A stretch of 64,000 bases of DNA from an uncultured bacterium (GTDB taxonomy: Bacteria > Actinomycetota > Acidimicrobiia > Spongiisociales > ZC4RG35). The stretch spans positions 225,039-289,038 of the forward strand of contig CAVWBT010000003.1 in the NCBI GenBank assembly GCA_963753285.1. Direction: 5' to 3'. Shown here in pieces: positions 38,629-47,896 of this stretch. Each line of letters begins with the position of its first letter. Position 1 is the stretch's first letter. The notes below the pieces were generated by a model. It saw nothing but the letters and a program-made list of their open reading frames with translations. It did not search any database and had not been told where the DNA came from. Position numbers and translations under genes: made by a program.

Positions 38629-40008
38629 ATGACAAAACGATGGTGGGCACTCGTGCTCGCGATCTCGTTGATCGTTGCCGCGTGCGGCAGCGACGACACC
38701 ACGGAAACGACGGAGGCGGCAACGCCGGAAACGACGGCCGCAGAAACCACAGAGACGACGGCCGATGTCTCCACGGAGACGACCGAGGCGATGTCCGAGG
38801 ACGAAGTGAGCCTCGTCTGGCGGACCCGTCCCGACAACCAGGAAGAGATCGACGTCTACTCGGCGATCTCGCAGACGATCGATGGGAACCTCGAGAACAT
38901 CGCTCTGGACTACCAGCCTGGTTCGAACGAAGGCGCCGGCTACCAGCAGACGCTGCTGACCGAGCTGGCCGCAGGGACTGCACCTGACGTCTTCTGGATT
39001 CCCGGAACGGACGTCGCAGACTTCGCGACGAAGGGCGTCATCCTGGACCTCAAGCAGTACGCAGACGCAGACGCCGAGTTCAGCGTCGACGACTTCTACG
39101 AGGGCCCGATGTTCCATCTGACGTTCAGCCCAGACACCGGCAACGCCGGCGACGCGCTGTGGGGACTCCCCCGTGACGTGTCGACGTTCGCGCTGTACAT
39201 GAACGTCGACCTCATCGAGGAAGCCGGTGTCACCGATCCCCGCGAACTGGAAGCCGCCGGCGAATGGACGTGGGAAGCGTTCCAGGAGACCGTCGAGGGT
39301 GTCGCAGCCCTGGGTGGCGAGATCAAGGGCTACGGGCAGAGCGCCTGGTGGGGACCGTACGGTGCGTGGCTGAATGCCGCCGGTGGCGGGTTCTTCAACG
39401 CCGATCGCGACGCCTGTGCACTGGATAGCGACGCCTCGATCGCAGGTCTGGAGTTCCAGCGCGACCTGTATTCGACAGATGCCGTCATTCCCTACGGCGA
39501 AGATCCCGAACCTCCGTTCCGCGCCGGAACGGTCGGCCTGTTCCAGAACGGCCGCTGGGCGACCCCCGGGGTCCGAACGGTGGACTTCAACTGGGACGTC
39601 GTCGGACTGCCAACTGGACCCGAAGGCCCCGGCAACTGGCTCTTCTGGGGTGCGTACGTCGTGAACGCCAATACCGAGAACCCCGAGGCAGCGTGGGAGC
39701 TCGTTCGTGCACTCACCTCTGCCGAAGTTCAGTCCGAGATCGCCGCGCTCGGCGCCAACGTGCCGAGCCGTGTGAGCGATGAGGCTCTCGACGCCTTCCT
39801 GGGCTTCACGCCTCCGGCGAACAACCAGGCGTTCCTCGACGGACTGGCGAACTCGCCGACCGCCGAAGGCCCGCTGTGGGCCGGCAGCTGGCCGGACTTC
39901 GTGAGCTTCATGGACGCCGAGGTCGGAGCAGTGATCACGGGCGACCGTGACATCGCCGACTTCCAGGCGAACATCTGCTCGGAGACATCAGCAGCGTTCA
40001 GCGGCTGA
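38629..40008 (+). CDS. ABC transporter sugar-binding lipoprotein (family 1 solute-binding protein)
   Basis: Lipobox LIVAACGSDD, (ETT)n linker, SBP_bac_1-like core. Confidence 0.85.
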   Translation: MTKRWWALVLAISLIVAACGSDDTTETTEAATPETTAAETTETTADVSTETTEAMSEDEVSLVWRTRPDNQEEIDVYSAISQTIDGNLENIALDYQPGSNEGAGYQQTLLTELAAGTAPDVFWIPGTDVADFATKGVILDLKQYADADAEFSVDDFYEGPMFHLTFSPDTGNAGDALWGLPRDVSTFALYMNVDLIEEAGVTDPRELEAAGEWTWEAFQETVEGVAALGGEIKGYGQSAWWGPYGAWLNAAGGGFFNADRDACALDSDASIAGLEFQRDLYSTDAVIPYGEDPEPPFRAGTVGLFQNGRWATPGVRTVDFNWDVVGLPTGPEGPGNWLFWGAYVVNANTENPEAAWELVRALTSAEVQSEIAALGANVPSRVSDEALDAFLGFTPPANNQAFLDGLANSPTAEGPLWAGSWPDFVSFMDAEVGAVITGDRDIADFQANICSETSAAFSG

Positions 40009-40124
40009 CCGTACGATCGGGAGGGGCCTTCGGGTCCCTCCCGCTTCGTTCCCCATGGACACCCTCACCCCCACCCGTTCCGCCCGAGGCTCCGGCCACG
40101 ACCTCCCCCTCGCCTCATGCTCGG

Positions 40125-41612
40125 ATGGCGGATCTTCGTCGGCCTCGGCCTCATCGCTGCGACGGTCGCCGTGGCGTTCGCCAGTCGGAATCGAAGTCGA
40201 AGGCACACTTCGTTGGGTCATTCACAGCGGCGCTCGGCATTGCGAGTGTCCTCGCCGTCCTCTCGATCCAGTGGACACGGACACTCGTCCATCGGGGACG
40301 TGCCGTCAGTTTCTTCCTCGACTATCTGATCGCCATCGGCGGAGCCTTCGCCATGGCACAGGGGGCGAACCTCTTCGTCGGACTCGACACCGCCGCCGCA
40401 CGGTTCAACGAATCCGCCTTCTTCCTTCTCATCGTCGTGGTCGGATGGTTCATCGGCGGTTTCGCCGAGAAGACGTCGAACCCCGCACTGCTCCAACGAG
40501 TCTCCAGAGCCACGATGGCTGCCGGTTTGGCCGTCCTCCTCATCTCGATGGGTCTCCTCCCCGGTCTGGTCGAGTTCGCTCGTCGGCTCACCGGCATGGA
40601 TGTCTTCATCCCGCTCCTGGTTGCGCTGGTGGCGGCGTACTCCGCTCGCCTGCTCTGGTCGGAACGTGCCGCTCACGCATTCGGCACCGACCAAAGACAG
40701 GCCGAGGTCATGGATGGGTTCTTCTTCGTCTCCCCCAACCTCATCGGGTTTCTCGTGTTCCTGGCGGGCCCACTGCTCGTTTCGCTCTTCATCAGCCTCA
40801 CCGACTGGGACGGGCTCACCCAGGCCACGTTCGTCGGCTTCGACAACTACGCCCGCCTGTTCACGGACTCGGCGTTTCTCAAGTCGCTCCGCAACATCCT
40901 CGTGTTCGGGCTCGTCGCCGTTCCCGCCTCGGTGATTCCGGGCTTGTTCCTGGCGGCGCTCCTCAACTCGAAGCTGCCCGGCATGAAAGTGTTCCGCGCC
41001 ATCTACTTCCTCCCGTCCATCGCAGGCGTCGTCGGCGTGACACTCATCTGGAAGAACCTGCTCAACGCCACGGTCGGATTCGTCAATTACGGGATCCTCC
41101 GCGCCACCGAGTTGGTCAACTCGTTGACCGGCGCTGAGTTCGAGGCTGCCCAACCGTTGTGGATCTCGGGCAGTTCGGTGGCGTTGTTCTCCGTGATGAT
41201 CGTCTTCGCCTGGCAGCAACTCGGATTCAACACCGTGCTGTTCCTCGCCGGCATGCAGGGAATCGACACATCGCTGTACGAGGCGGCCGACATCGACGGC
41301 GCCAACGCCTGGAATCGGTTCCGATCGATCACGGTGCCCCTGTTGAAACCGACGACGGTCTTCGTCGTGACCAACGCCACGATCCTGGCACTCCAACTCT
41401 TCAACGAGCCGTTCATCCTCCAGGCGCCGAGTCCTCCCAACGGGCCGAACAACGCCACCTTGTCGCCGGTCATCTACCTCTATCAGAACGCCTTCCAGCG
41501 GTTCCGCCAGGGTTATGCCTCGGCGGTCGCCTGGGCACTCTTCCTCCTGATCTTCGCCATCACGCTCATCTACTTCTCACGCCAAGACGAAGAGGGGGTC
41601 CTCAGTGCCTGA
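40125..41612 (+). CDS. ABC sugar transporter permease (MalF/UgpA type) with a possible approximately 195-aa N-terminal hydrophobic extension
   Basis: Core permease from MDGFFFVSPNLIGF (40710) with an EAA loop; the upstream in-frame 195 aa contain about five hydrophobic segments, so the start is uncertain (40125 versus 40710). Confidence 0.65.
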   Translation: MADLRRPRPHRCDGRRGVRQSESKSKAHFVGSFTAALGIASVLAVLSIQWTRTLVHRGRAVSFFLDYLIAIGGAFAMAQGANLFVGLDTAAARFNESAFFLLIVVVGWFIGGFAEKTSNPALLQRVSRATMAAGLAVLLISMGLLPGLVEFARRLTGMDVFIPLLVALVAAYSARLLWSERAAHAFGTDQRQAEVMDGFFFVSPNLIGFLVFLAGPLLVSLFISLTDWDGLTQATFVGFDNYARLFTDSAFLKSLRNILVFGLVAVPASVIPGLFLAALLNSKLPGMKVFRAIYFLPSIAGVVGVTLIWKNLLNATVGFVNYGILRATELVNSLTGAEFEAAQPLWISGSSVALFSVMIVFAWQQLGFNTVLFLAGMQGIDTSLYEAADIDGANAWNRFRSITVPLLKPTTVFVVTNATILALQLFNEPFILQAPSPPNGPNNATLSPVIYLYQNAFQRFRQGYASAVAWALFLLIFAITLIYFSRQDEEGVLSA

Positions 41613-42822
41613 CGCCCCCACCCAACAGCAGGACCGCCGCCGTCGCCTCCTCCGCACGCTCGTCGGCCAAGGAGGCGCCTACCTCATCCTCATCGTGTTC
41701 GCGGCGATCATGCTGTTCCCGTTCGTCTACATGGCGACCGGCGCCGTCAAGACGCCATCGGACACGTTCCGGTATCCCCCGAAGGTGCTCCCTCGCGTGC
41801 CACTCGTCGCCGAGATCGACGGCGAGGAACGAGAGGTGTACTCGTTCGACTTCGGCAGCGGCGAGGAGCGTGCGGTGCTGGTGGAGACCGGGGTCGAGGC
41901 CGGGCTGTTCGTCGACCCGGACGATCCCGAGCGCACGGTGCCGTGGCCGCTGGCACTCGCCACCGAGACCGGCGCTTCCGTCACCGTGGCCGGTGAGAGC
42001 CTGCCCACCTACGACGTCGAACTGGTCACCGGCACCGAGACACTGGCCCTACAGCGGAACACCGCCGTCGGGGAGTTCCGACAACTCGACGGTGACGCCG
42101 TCACCTACGCCGTGCCCCGAACCGCGACGCCGGCGGAGGAGATCGAGGCCCAGTGGGGCAACTTCTCCGAGGTCATCGGCTTGCGCGACCTCGACCGGGC
42201 ACTGACCAACACCATGCTGGTGACGATCCTGGTCGTGGCCGGGACGCTGTTCACCTCGATCATGGGCGGGTACGCATTCGCTCGGATCCGTTTCCCCGGA
42301 CGCGACAAGATGTTCCTCGCCTATCTGGGCTCGATCATGATCCCGTTCATCGTGCTGATCATCCCGCTGTTCCAGTTGATGGTCGGTCTCGGATGGGTGA
42401 ACTCGATCGGATCGCTGGTGTGGCCGTTCCTGTTCAACGCCTACGGGACGTTCCTGATGCGCCAGTTCTTCATCGCGATCCCCAAGGACCTGGAGGAGGC
42501 CGCGTTCATCGACGGAGCCAAGCGCGGGCGGATCCTGTGGACGATCTTCGTGCCACTCTCGTGGCCGGCGATCGCCACCCTCGCGACGTTCATGTTCCTG
42601 TACGCCTGGAACTCCTTCATCTGGCCACTCGTGTCCATCAACGTGGCGAACGCCGACAACTTCGTGCTCACCCTTGCCCTCCAGCAGCTGGGTGGAACCG
42701 CCGGCGAATCACCGAACCTGCTGTTCGCCGGGATCGTCCTGTCGGTGCTGGTGCCGTTCACCGTGTTCGCGTTCGCCCAGCGCTACTTCGTCGAGAACGT
42801 GGCCACCAGCGGGATCAAGTGA
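41605..42822 (+). CDS. ABC sugar transporter permease (MalG/UgpE type) with a large extracytoplasmic loop after TM1
   Basis: EAA motif EAAFIDGAKRGRILWTIFVPLSWPAIATL; six TM helices; overlaps the upstream permease by 8 bp. Confidence 0.85.
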   Translation: MPDAPTQQQDRRRRLLRTLVGQGGAYLILIVFAAIMLFPFVYMATGAVKTPSDTFRYPPKVLPRVPLVAEIDGEEREVYSFDFGSGEERAVLVETGVEAGLFVDPDDPERTVPWPLALATETGASVTVAGESLPTYDVELVTGTETLALQRNTAVGEFRQLDGDAVTYAVPRTATPAEEIEAQWGNFSEVIGLRDLDRALTNTMLVTILVVAGTLFTSIMGGYAFARIRFPGRDKMFLAYLGSIMIPFIVLIIPLFQLMVGLGWVNSIGSLVWPFLFNAYGTFLMRQFFIAIPKDLEEAAFIDGAKRGRILWTIFVPLSWPAIATLATFMFLYAWNSFIWPLVSINVANADNFVLTLALQQLGGTAGESPNLLFAGIVLSVLVPFTVFAFAQRYFVENVATSGIK

Positions 42823-42839
42823 GGCTCGCTGGCGCTCGC

Positions 42840-42881
42840 ACGTCTCACGTCGCACGTCTCACGTCTCACGTCTCACGTTCG
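42840..42881. repeat. Heptanucleotide tandem array (ACGTCTC)n: ACGTCTC, ACGTCGC, ACGTCTC x3, ACGTTCG
   Basis: Read directly; begins 18 nt after the permease stop and lies 48 nt upstream of the TAGGCT hexamer preceding galT. Confidence 0.9.
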
Positions 42882-42941
42882 AAGACTTGACACCTGAGAG
42901 CCCACGTGATCGACACCGGCGCGGCAGGTAGGCTCCGCGCC

Positions 42942-43958
42942 ATGCTCGACGGTCCGCATCGGAGGTTGAATCCGCTCACGGGTGAGTGGGTGCTGGTGTC
43001 GGCGGGGCGGACGAACCGGCCGTGGCAGGGTGCGACTGGTGACGCCGTCGTCTCCGAGCTCCCTGAGCACGATCCGGACTGCTATCTGTGTCCCGGGAAC
43101 GGCCGGGTCGGAGGCATGGAGAACCCCGACTACGACTCCACGTTCGTGTTCACGAACGACTTCGCCGCACTCCGGCCGAACACCGGACGCCGGATCCAGA
43201 CCGACGGGCTGATGGTCGCCGAAGGCGAAGAGGGAACCTGCCGGGTCATCTGCTTCTCGCCACGCCACGACCTCACGATGGCTCGGATGTCACTCGAGGA
43301 GATCGGGACGGTCATCGAGTTGTGGCAGGACCAGCTCGACGATCTGGGACCCGATCATCGCTGGGTGCAGATCTTCGAGAACCGCGGCGAGGAGATGGGG
43401 GCGTCGAACCCGCACCCGCACGGTCAGATCTGGGCCGGCTCGATCCTGCCGATGCAGGCGGCCGCCGAAGACGACAAACAGGATCGACACTTCGCCGAGC
43501 ACCGTCGCACGATCCTCGAGGACTACGTGGCACAGGAGGTCGGCGGCGAACGGGTCGTCTTCGAGAACGATCACTGGTTGGCCGTTGTCCCGTTCTGGGC
43601 CGTCTGGCCGTTCGAGACGCTGCTCGTGCCGAAACGGAGCGCCCCCCGACTCACCGACCTGGACTCGACCCAGGCCGAACAACTGGCCGAGGCGCTCAAG
43701 CAACTACTGGTCCGCTACGACAATCTCTTCGAGTACCCGTTCCCCTATTCGATGGGCTGGCACAACGCCCCGTTCGATCAACCCGGGGACCACTGGACCG
43801 TCCACGCCCACTTCTATCCGCCGTTGCTGCGCTCGGCCTCGGTTCGCAAGTTCATGGTCGGCTACGAGCTACTTGGCGAGTCCCAACGCGACATCACCGC
43901 CGAAGAGGCGGCCGCCAGGCTCCGGGACCTCCCCGACATCCACTACGCCCAGCGCTAG
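42942..43958 (+). CDS. galT: Galactose-1-phosphate uridylyltransferase (GalT, HIT superfamily)
   Basis: Metal-binding CYLCPGN...; active-site HPHGQ; start set at ATG 42942 (TAGGCT hexamer 7 nt upstream) rather than GTG 42906. Confidence 0.85.
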   Translation: MLDGPHRRLNPLTGEWVLVSAGRTNRPWQGATGDAVVSELPEHDPDCYLCPGNGRVGGMENPDYDSTFVFTNDFAALRPNTGRRIQTDGLMVAEGEEGTCRVICFSPRHDLTMARMSLEEIGTVIELWQDQLDDLGPDHRWVQIFENRGEEMGASNPHPHGQIWAGSILPMQAAAEDDKQDRHFAEHRRTILEDYVAQEVGGERVVFENDHWLAVVPFWAVWPFETLLVPKRSAPRLTDLDSTQAEQLAEALKQLLVRYDNLFEYPFPYSMGWHNAPFDQPGDHWTVHAHFYPPLLRSASVRKFMVGYELLGESQRDITAEEAAARLRDLPDIHYAQR

Positions 43959-44047
43959 CCGGGACCCCCTCAACGAGCGCAGACGCTGTCCGCGCAGGAC
44001 GGACGGTCTCGTAGAGTCGGCCCCTCACGCGAGATCGGAGCGCAACG

Positions 44048-45064
44048 ATGCAGCTTGGAATGATCGGGCTCGGCCGGATGGGAGCGAACATGTCCCGCCG
44101 ACTCACCGCCGATGGCCACGAAGTGATCGGGCACGACATCTCGCAAGAGACGATCGATGAGCTGGCATCGGAAGGTGTCATCGTCGGTGCGTCCTCGTTG
44201 GAGGATCTCTGCTCGAAGCTCACCGCACCCCGCAACGTCTGGGTGATGGTGCCGGCGGCGGTGGCGGACCGCGTCATCGACGGCCTGATCCCACACCTCG
44301 AACCGGGCGACACCGTCATCGACGGGGGGAACTCGTTCTACCGCGACGACGTCGATCGCTTCCAAGAGCTGGCTCCGCGCGGCATCCACCACGTCGACGT
44401 CGGCGTGTCTGGCGGAGTGTTCGGCCTCGAACGCGGCTACTGCCTCATGGTTGGTGGAGAGGCCGAGTCGGTGGATCGGTTGACGCCCATCTTCGACAGC
44501 CTGGCACCGGGCGTCGACGCCGAGCCTCGGACTTCCGGACGCACCGGCCCACCTGCGTCCGCAGAGAGGGGATGGCTCCACTGCGGACCGGCAGGCGCGG
44601 GCCACTTCGTCAAGATGGTCCACAACGGCATCGAGTACGGGGTCATGGCTGCGTACTCCGAGGGGTTCGCGATCCTGTCACGCGCCGGCCTCGGACGTCA
44701 CAGCCGAACGGAGGACGCCGAGACCGCGCCGCTGCGGGAACCGCACTACTACCAGTTCGACTTCGACCTCCCAGCGATCGCCGAGGTGTGGAGAAGAGGC
44801 AGCGTCATCGGATCGTGGCTGCTCGATCTCACCGCCGCCGCCCTGCTCGAGGACCCTGGGCTGGACGACTTCACCGGTCACGTGTCCGACTCCGGTGAAG
44901 GGCGATGGACGGTCCAGGCGGCAGTCGATCTCGGCGTGCCGATCAACGTGCTGGCCTCGTCGCTGAACCAACGGTTCAGCTCCCGGGATCAGGGGGACTA
45001 CGGAGACAAGCTGCTGTCGGCGATGCGAGAGCAGTTCGGAGGCCACGAGGAACGCTCGGGGTGA
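44048..45064 (+). CDS. 6-phosphogluconate dehydrogenase (decarboxylating)-like, short Gnd/YqeC type
   Basis: Rossmann motif MIGLGRMGANM, a catalytic-domain GHFVKMVHNGIEYG motif, and the short C-terminal domain. Confidence 0.8.
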   Translation: MQLGMIGLGRMGANMSRRLTADGHEVIGHDISQETIDELASEGVIVGASSLEDLCSKLTAPRNVWVMVPAAVADRVIDGLIPHLEPGDTVIDGGNSFYRDDVDRFQELAPRGIHHVDVGVSGGVFGLERGYCLMVGGEAESVDRLTPIFDSLAPGVDAEPRTSGRTGPPASAERGWLHCGPAGAGHFVKMVHNGIEYGVMAAYSEGFAILSRAGLGRHSRTEDAETAPLREPHYYQFDFDLPAIAEVWRRGSVIGSWLLDLTAAALLEDPGLDDFTGHVSDSGEGRWTVQAAVDLGVPINVLASSLNQRFSSRDQGDYGDKLLSAMREQFGGHEERSG

Positions 45065-45065
45065 C

Positions 45066-45100
45066 CCGTCTCACGTCTCACGTCCCACGTCCCACGTTGA
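45066..45100. repeat. Heptanucleotide tandem array (ACGTCYC)n: CCGTCTC, ACGTCTC, ACGTCCC x2, ACGTTGA
   Basis: Read directly; begins 2 nt after the gnd-like stop, 72 nt upstream of the TAGCCT hexamer preceding purC. Confidence 0.85.
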
Positions 45101-45184
45101 ACGGCGCTCGAGGAGTGCGGCGGAGGCGGATCCGGTCGCGAAGGCTCCCGGAGGCGCCGGTACCTCACCGCTAGCCTGACCTCG

Positions 45185-46096
45185 GTGCCGATCGAACACA
45201 TCGCCTCAGGGAAGGTTCGGGAGATCTACGAGATCGACTCCGAGCACCTGCTGTTCGTGGCGACCGATCGGATCTCCGCCTACGACGTGATCATGAACGA
45301 GCCGATTCCCGACAAGGGCAGGGTGCTCACTCAGCTCTCGGCCTACTTCTTCGAGCTCCTCGACGTGCCGAACCACCTGGCGAAGCTGTCGATCGAAGAG
45401 ATCGACATCGGACTGGATCGCGAGTGGCTCACTGGACGCTCGATGGTCGTCCGCAGGGCGGAGATGCTCCCCATCGAGTGCGTCGTTCGCGGCTATCTGT
45501 ACGGATCGTCGTGGCGGGAGTACGCCGCCGGAGGCGGACCGACGACCGAGCATCTCCCCGACGGTCTGGTCCAAGGCTCGAAACTGGAGCAACCGCTCTT
45601 CACTCCTGCGACCAAGGCGGAGTCCGGGCACGACGAGAACCTCTCCGAGGCGCAGGCGCGGGCACTCGTCGGCGACGAGACCTACGAGCACCTCCGGGCA
45701 CAGTCGATCGCCGTCTACGAGCGTGCGGCCGCCCACGTCGAGTCCCGGGGCCTGATCATCGCAGACACGAAACTCGAGTTCGGGATCATCGACGGCGAGC
45801 TGACCCTGTGCGACGAGGTCCTCACCCCCGACTCCTCCCGTTACTGGCCCGCGGAGAAGTACGCGCCGGGGTCGGTCATGCCGAGCTACGACAAGCAGTA
45901 TCTGCGGGACTGGCTCGACTCGACCGGTTGGGATCACACGCCACCGCCGCCGACGTTGACGGACGACGTCGTCGACAACGTCCGCTCCCGGTACATCGAG
46001 GCGTTCGAGATCATCACCGGGCGCACCTTCGATACGCCAGTACAGGCAGGCTTTGGAGCATCACAAACCCAACCGACGCTGGAGACGAAGGCATGA
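45185..46096 (+). CDS. purC: Phosphoribosylaminoimidazole-succinocarboxamide synthase
   Basis: Long-form SAICAR synthetase (GKVREIYE..., LIIADTKLEFG); GTG start with TAGCCT 7 nt upstream. Confidence 0.9.
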   Translation: MPIEHIASGKVREIYEIDSEHLLFVATDRISAYDVIMNEPIPDKGRVLTQLSAYFFELLDVPNHLAKLSIEEIDIGLDREWLTGRSMVVRRAEMLPIECVVRGYLYGSSWREYAAGGGPTTEHLPDGLVQGSKLEQPLFTPATKAESGHDENLSEAQARALVGDETYEHLRAQSIAVYERAAAHVESRGLIIADTKLEFGIIDGELTLCDEVLTPDSSRYWPAEKYAPGSVMPSYDKQYLRDWLDSTGWDHTPPPPTLTDDVVDNVRSRYIEAFEIITGRTFDTPVQAGFGASQTQPTLETKA

Positions 46097-46335
46097 AAGT
46101 GACCGTGCATGTGACTCGACGACCCGAGATCGCCGACCCGCAGGGCAAGGCGGTGTCTCGAGCACTCGCAGACCTCGAGTACCACAATGTTCGCCAGGTG
46201 CGGATCGATCGCACGATCCACCTCGAGATCGACAGCGACGACGTGGAAGAGGTCCAGTATCAGGTGGACTCGATGTGCAACGAGGTTCTCGTGAACCCCG
46301 TCCTCGAGGACTACCGCGTGGAGATCAACACATGA
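46093..46335 (+). CDS. purS: Phosphoribosylformylglycinamidine synthase subunit PurS
   Basis: 80-aa PurS-like (VLPKPGILDPQGKAV equivalent: RRPEIADPQGKAVSRAL); overlaps purC and purQ by 4 bp each. Confidence 0.85.
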   Translation: MKVTVHVTRRPEIADPQGKAVSRALADLEYHNVRQVRIDRTIHLEIDSDDVEEVQYQVDSMCNEVLVNPVLEDYRVEINT

Positions 46336-46961
46336 CGGCAGCGGTGGTCGTGTTTCCCGGAACGAACTGCGAACACGACGTGGTCTATGCCCTCGAGCGC
46401 GTCGGGGTCGACAGCGAACTGGTGTGGCACCGCGAAACGGATCTGAGCCGATTCGACTCGGTTGTCCTTCCGGGCGGGTTCGCTCATGGGGACTATCTGC
46501 GGGTGGGCGCCGTTGCCAGGTTCTCCCCCGTGATGGCCGAGGTGAAGCGCATGGCCGAGGAAGGAAGTCCGGTTGTCGGGATCTGCAACGGGTTCCAGAT
46601 CCTGTGCGAGGCCGGCCTCCTGCCGGGAGCGCTCATCGCCAACCGCGACCTGGCGTTCATCTGCCGCGAGGTCGAAGTCGAGGTGACCGACACGAACACC
46701 GTGTTGACCAGGAACGCCGAACTCGGCCAGCGGCTGCGCATCCCGCTCAACTCCTTCGACGGCAACTGGGTCGATCCCAGTGGCACCGGGCGGGTCGTCA
46801 TGCAGTACGTCGACGATCCGAACGGCAGCCAGGGACGCGCCGCCGCGGTCGCCAACCAGGCCGGCAACGTCGTCGGCATCATGCCCCACCCCGAGCGGGC
46901 CATCGAAGAACTACTCGGATCCGCCGACGGCAGAGTCCTGCTCGAGTCGATGTCCACCTGA
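46332..46961 (+). CDS. purQ: Phosphoribosylformylglycinamidine synthase glutaminase subunit PurQ
   Basis: Class-I glutamine amidotransferase: catalytic GICNGFQ and C-terminal HPE (HPERAIE). Confidence 0.9.
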   Translation: MTAAVVVFPGTNCEHDVVYALERVGVDSELVWHRETDLSRFDSVVLPGGFAHGDYLRVGAVARFSPVMAEVKRMAEEGSPVVGICNGFQILCEAGLLPGALIANRDLAFICREVEVEVTDTNTVLTRNAELGQRLRIPLNSFDGNWVDPSGTGRVVMQYVDDPNGSQGRAAAVANQAGNVVGIMPHPERAIEELLGSADGRVLLESMST

Positions 46962-47052
46962 CCGAGCCGACCCGAGAGCACGCTCAGTGGACTTCCTCCC
47001 CTGGACGCGCAACGGGCGCTCGCGGACGCTGTCCACACGGAAGGGAGGTCAC

Positions 47053-47748
47053 ATGCGACGCATCATGGCGCTCGCCTGCCTGGCCGCAGCGGCGTTGCTC
47101 GTGTCCGCATGCACGGTGGGTTCGGGCGAGGTCATCACCGAGACCCGGTCGGTGAGCGGGTTCGACGAGATCGACCTGCGGGGCAGTGGTGAGGTCCGAG
47201 TGACCGTGGACGGGTCCGAGTCGTTGATCATCGAGGCCGAGGACAACATCATCGACGACCTCACGAGCGAGGTGCAGGGCACGACGTTGGTTCTCGGTAT
47301 CGACAGGCCGATCACACCGACCGAGGACATCATCTACACGGTGACGATGGCGGCGCTCGAAGGTGTCGAGATCTCCGGGAGCGGTTCGATCACGGTCACC
47401 GAGTTCGCCACCGACGACTTCTCGGTGGATGTGAGCGGCTCGGGTGCAGCGTCCATCAGCAGCGTGGCCGCCGACACGGTCTTCGTCAGGATCGGCGGCT
47501 CCGGCGCAGTCACGATCAGCGGCGATGCCGGGGCGCTCGACCTGTCGATCAGCGGCTCCGGCGCCTTCGACGGCAACCGGCTCGAGGTGACCACCGGCGA
47601 CGTCGACATCTCCGGCTCCGGAAGCGCAACGGTGAACGTGAGTGAGATCCTCGACGTTCAGGTGAGCGGCTCGGGCAACGTCGAGTATCTCGGAAACCCG
47701 AGCCTCACGGTCGATTCGTCGGGATCGGGCAGCGTTTCGCAGCGTTGA
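47053..47748 (+). CDS. Putative lipoprotein with GSG-rich beta-helix repeats (DUF2807/DUF4097 adhesin-head-like)
   Basis: Lipobox LLVSACT; repeated (I/V)SGSGxxxV units; AAGGGAGG ribosome-binding site 5 nt upstream. Confidence 0.6.
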   Translation: MRRIMALACLAAAALLVSACTVGSGEVITETRSVSGFDEIDLRGSGEVRVTVDGSESLIIEAEDNIIDDLTSEVQGTTLVLGIDRPITPTEDIIYTVTMAALEGVEISGSGSITVTEFATDDFSVDVSGSGAASISSVAADTVFVRIGGSGAVTISGDAGALDLSISGSGAFDGNRLEVTTGDVDISGSGSATVNVSEILDVQVSGSGNVEYLGNPSLTVDSSGSGSVSQR

Positions 47749-47896
47749 GCGCCAGTCGTAGACGGGTGTCGACAGGCGCGCCTTCGATATCGGATGGATA
47801 GTCCAGCCGACTCAGCGACTCACTGGCCGTTGCCGACTCAGCGACTCGCCTGCCCTCCCGCCCTATCCTCTCGTCCGGCGTCGACCGATTGCGGCA

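Noticed and set aside
42887-42934. Classical sigma-70 promoter TTGACA-N-TAGGCT for galT
   Set aside because: The hexamers are separated by 36 nt, not 16-18. Only the -10-like TAGGCT at the leaderless distance is retained as meaningful.
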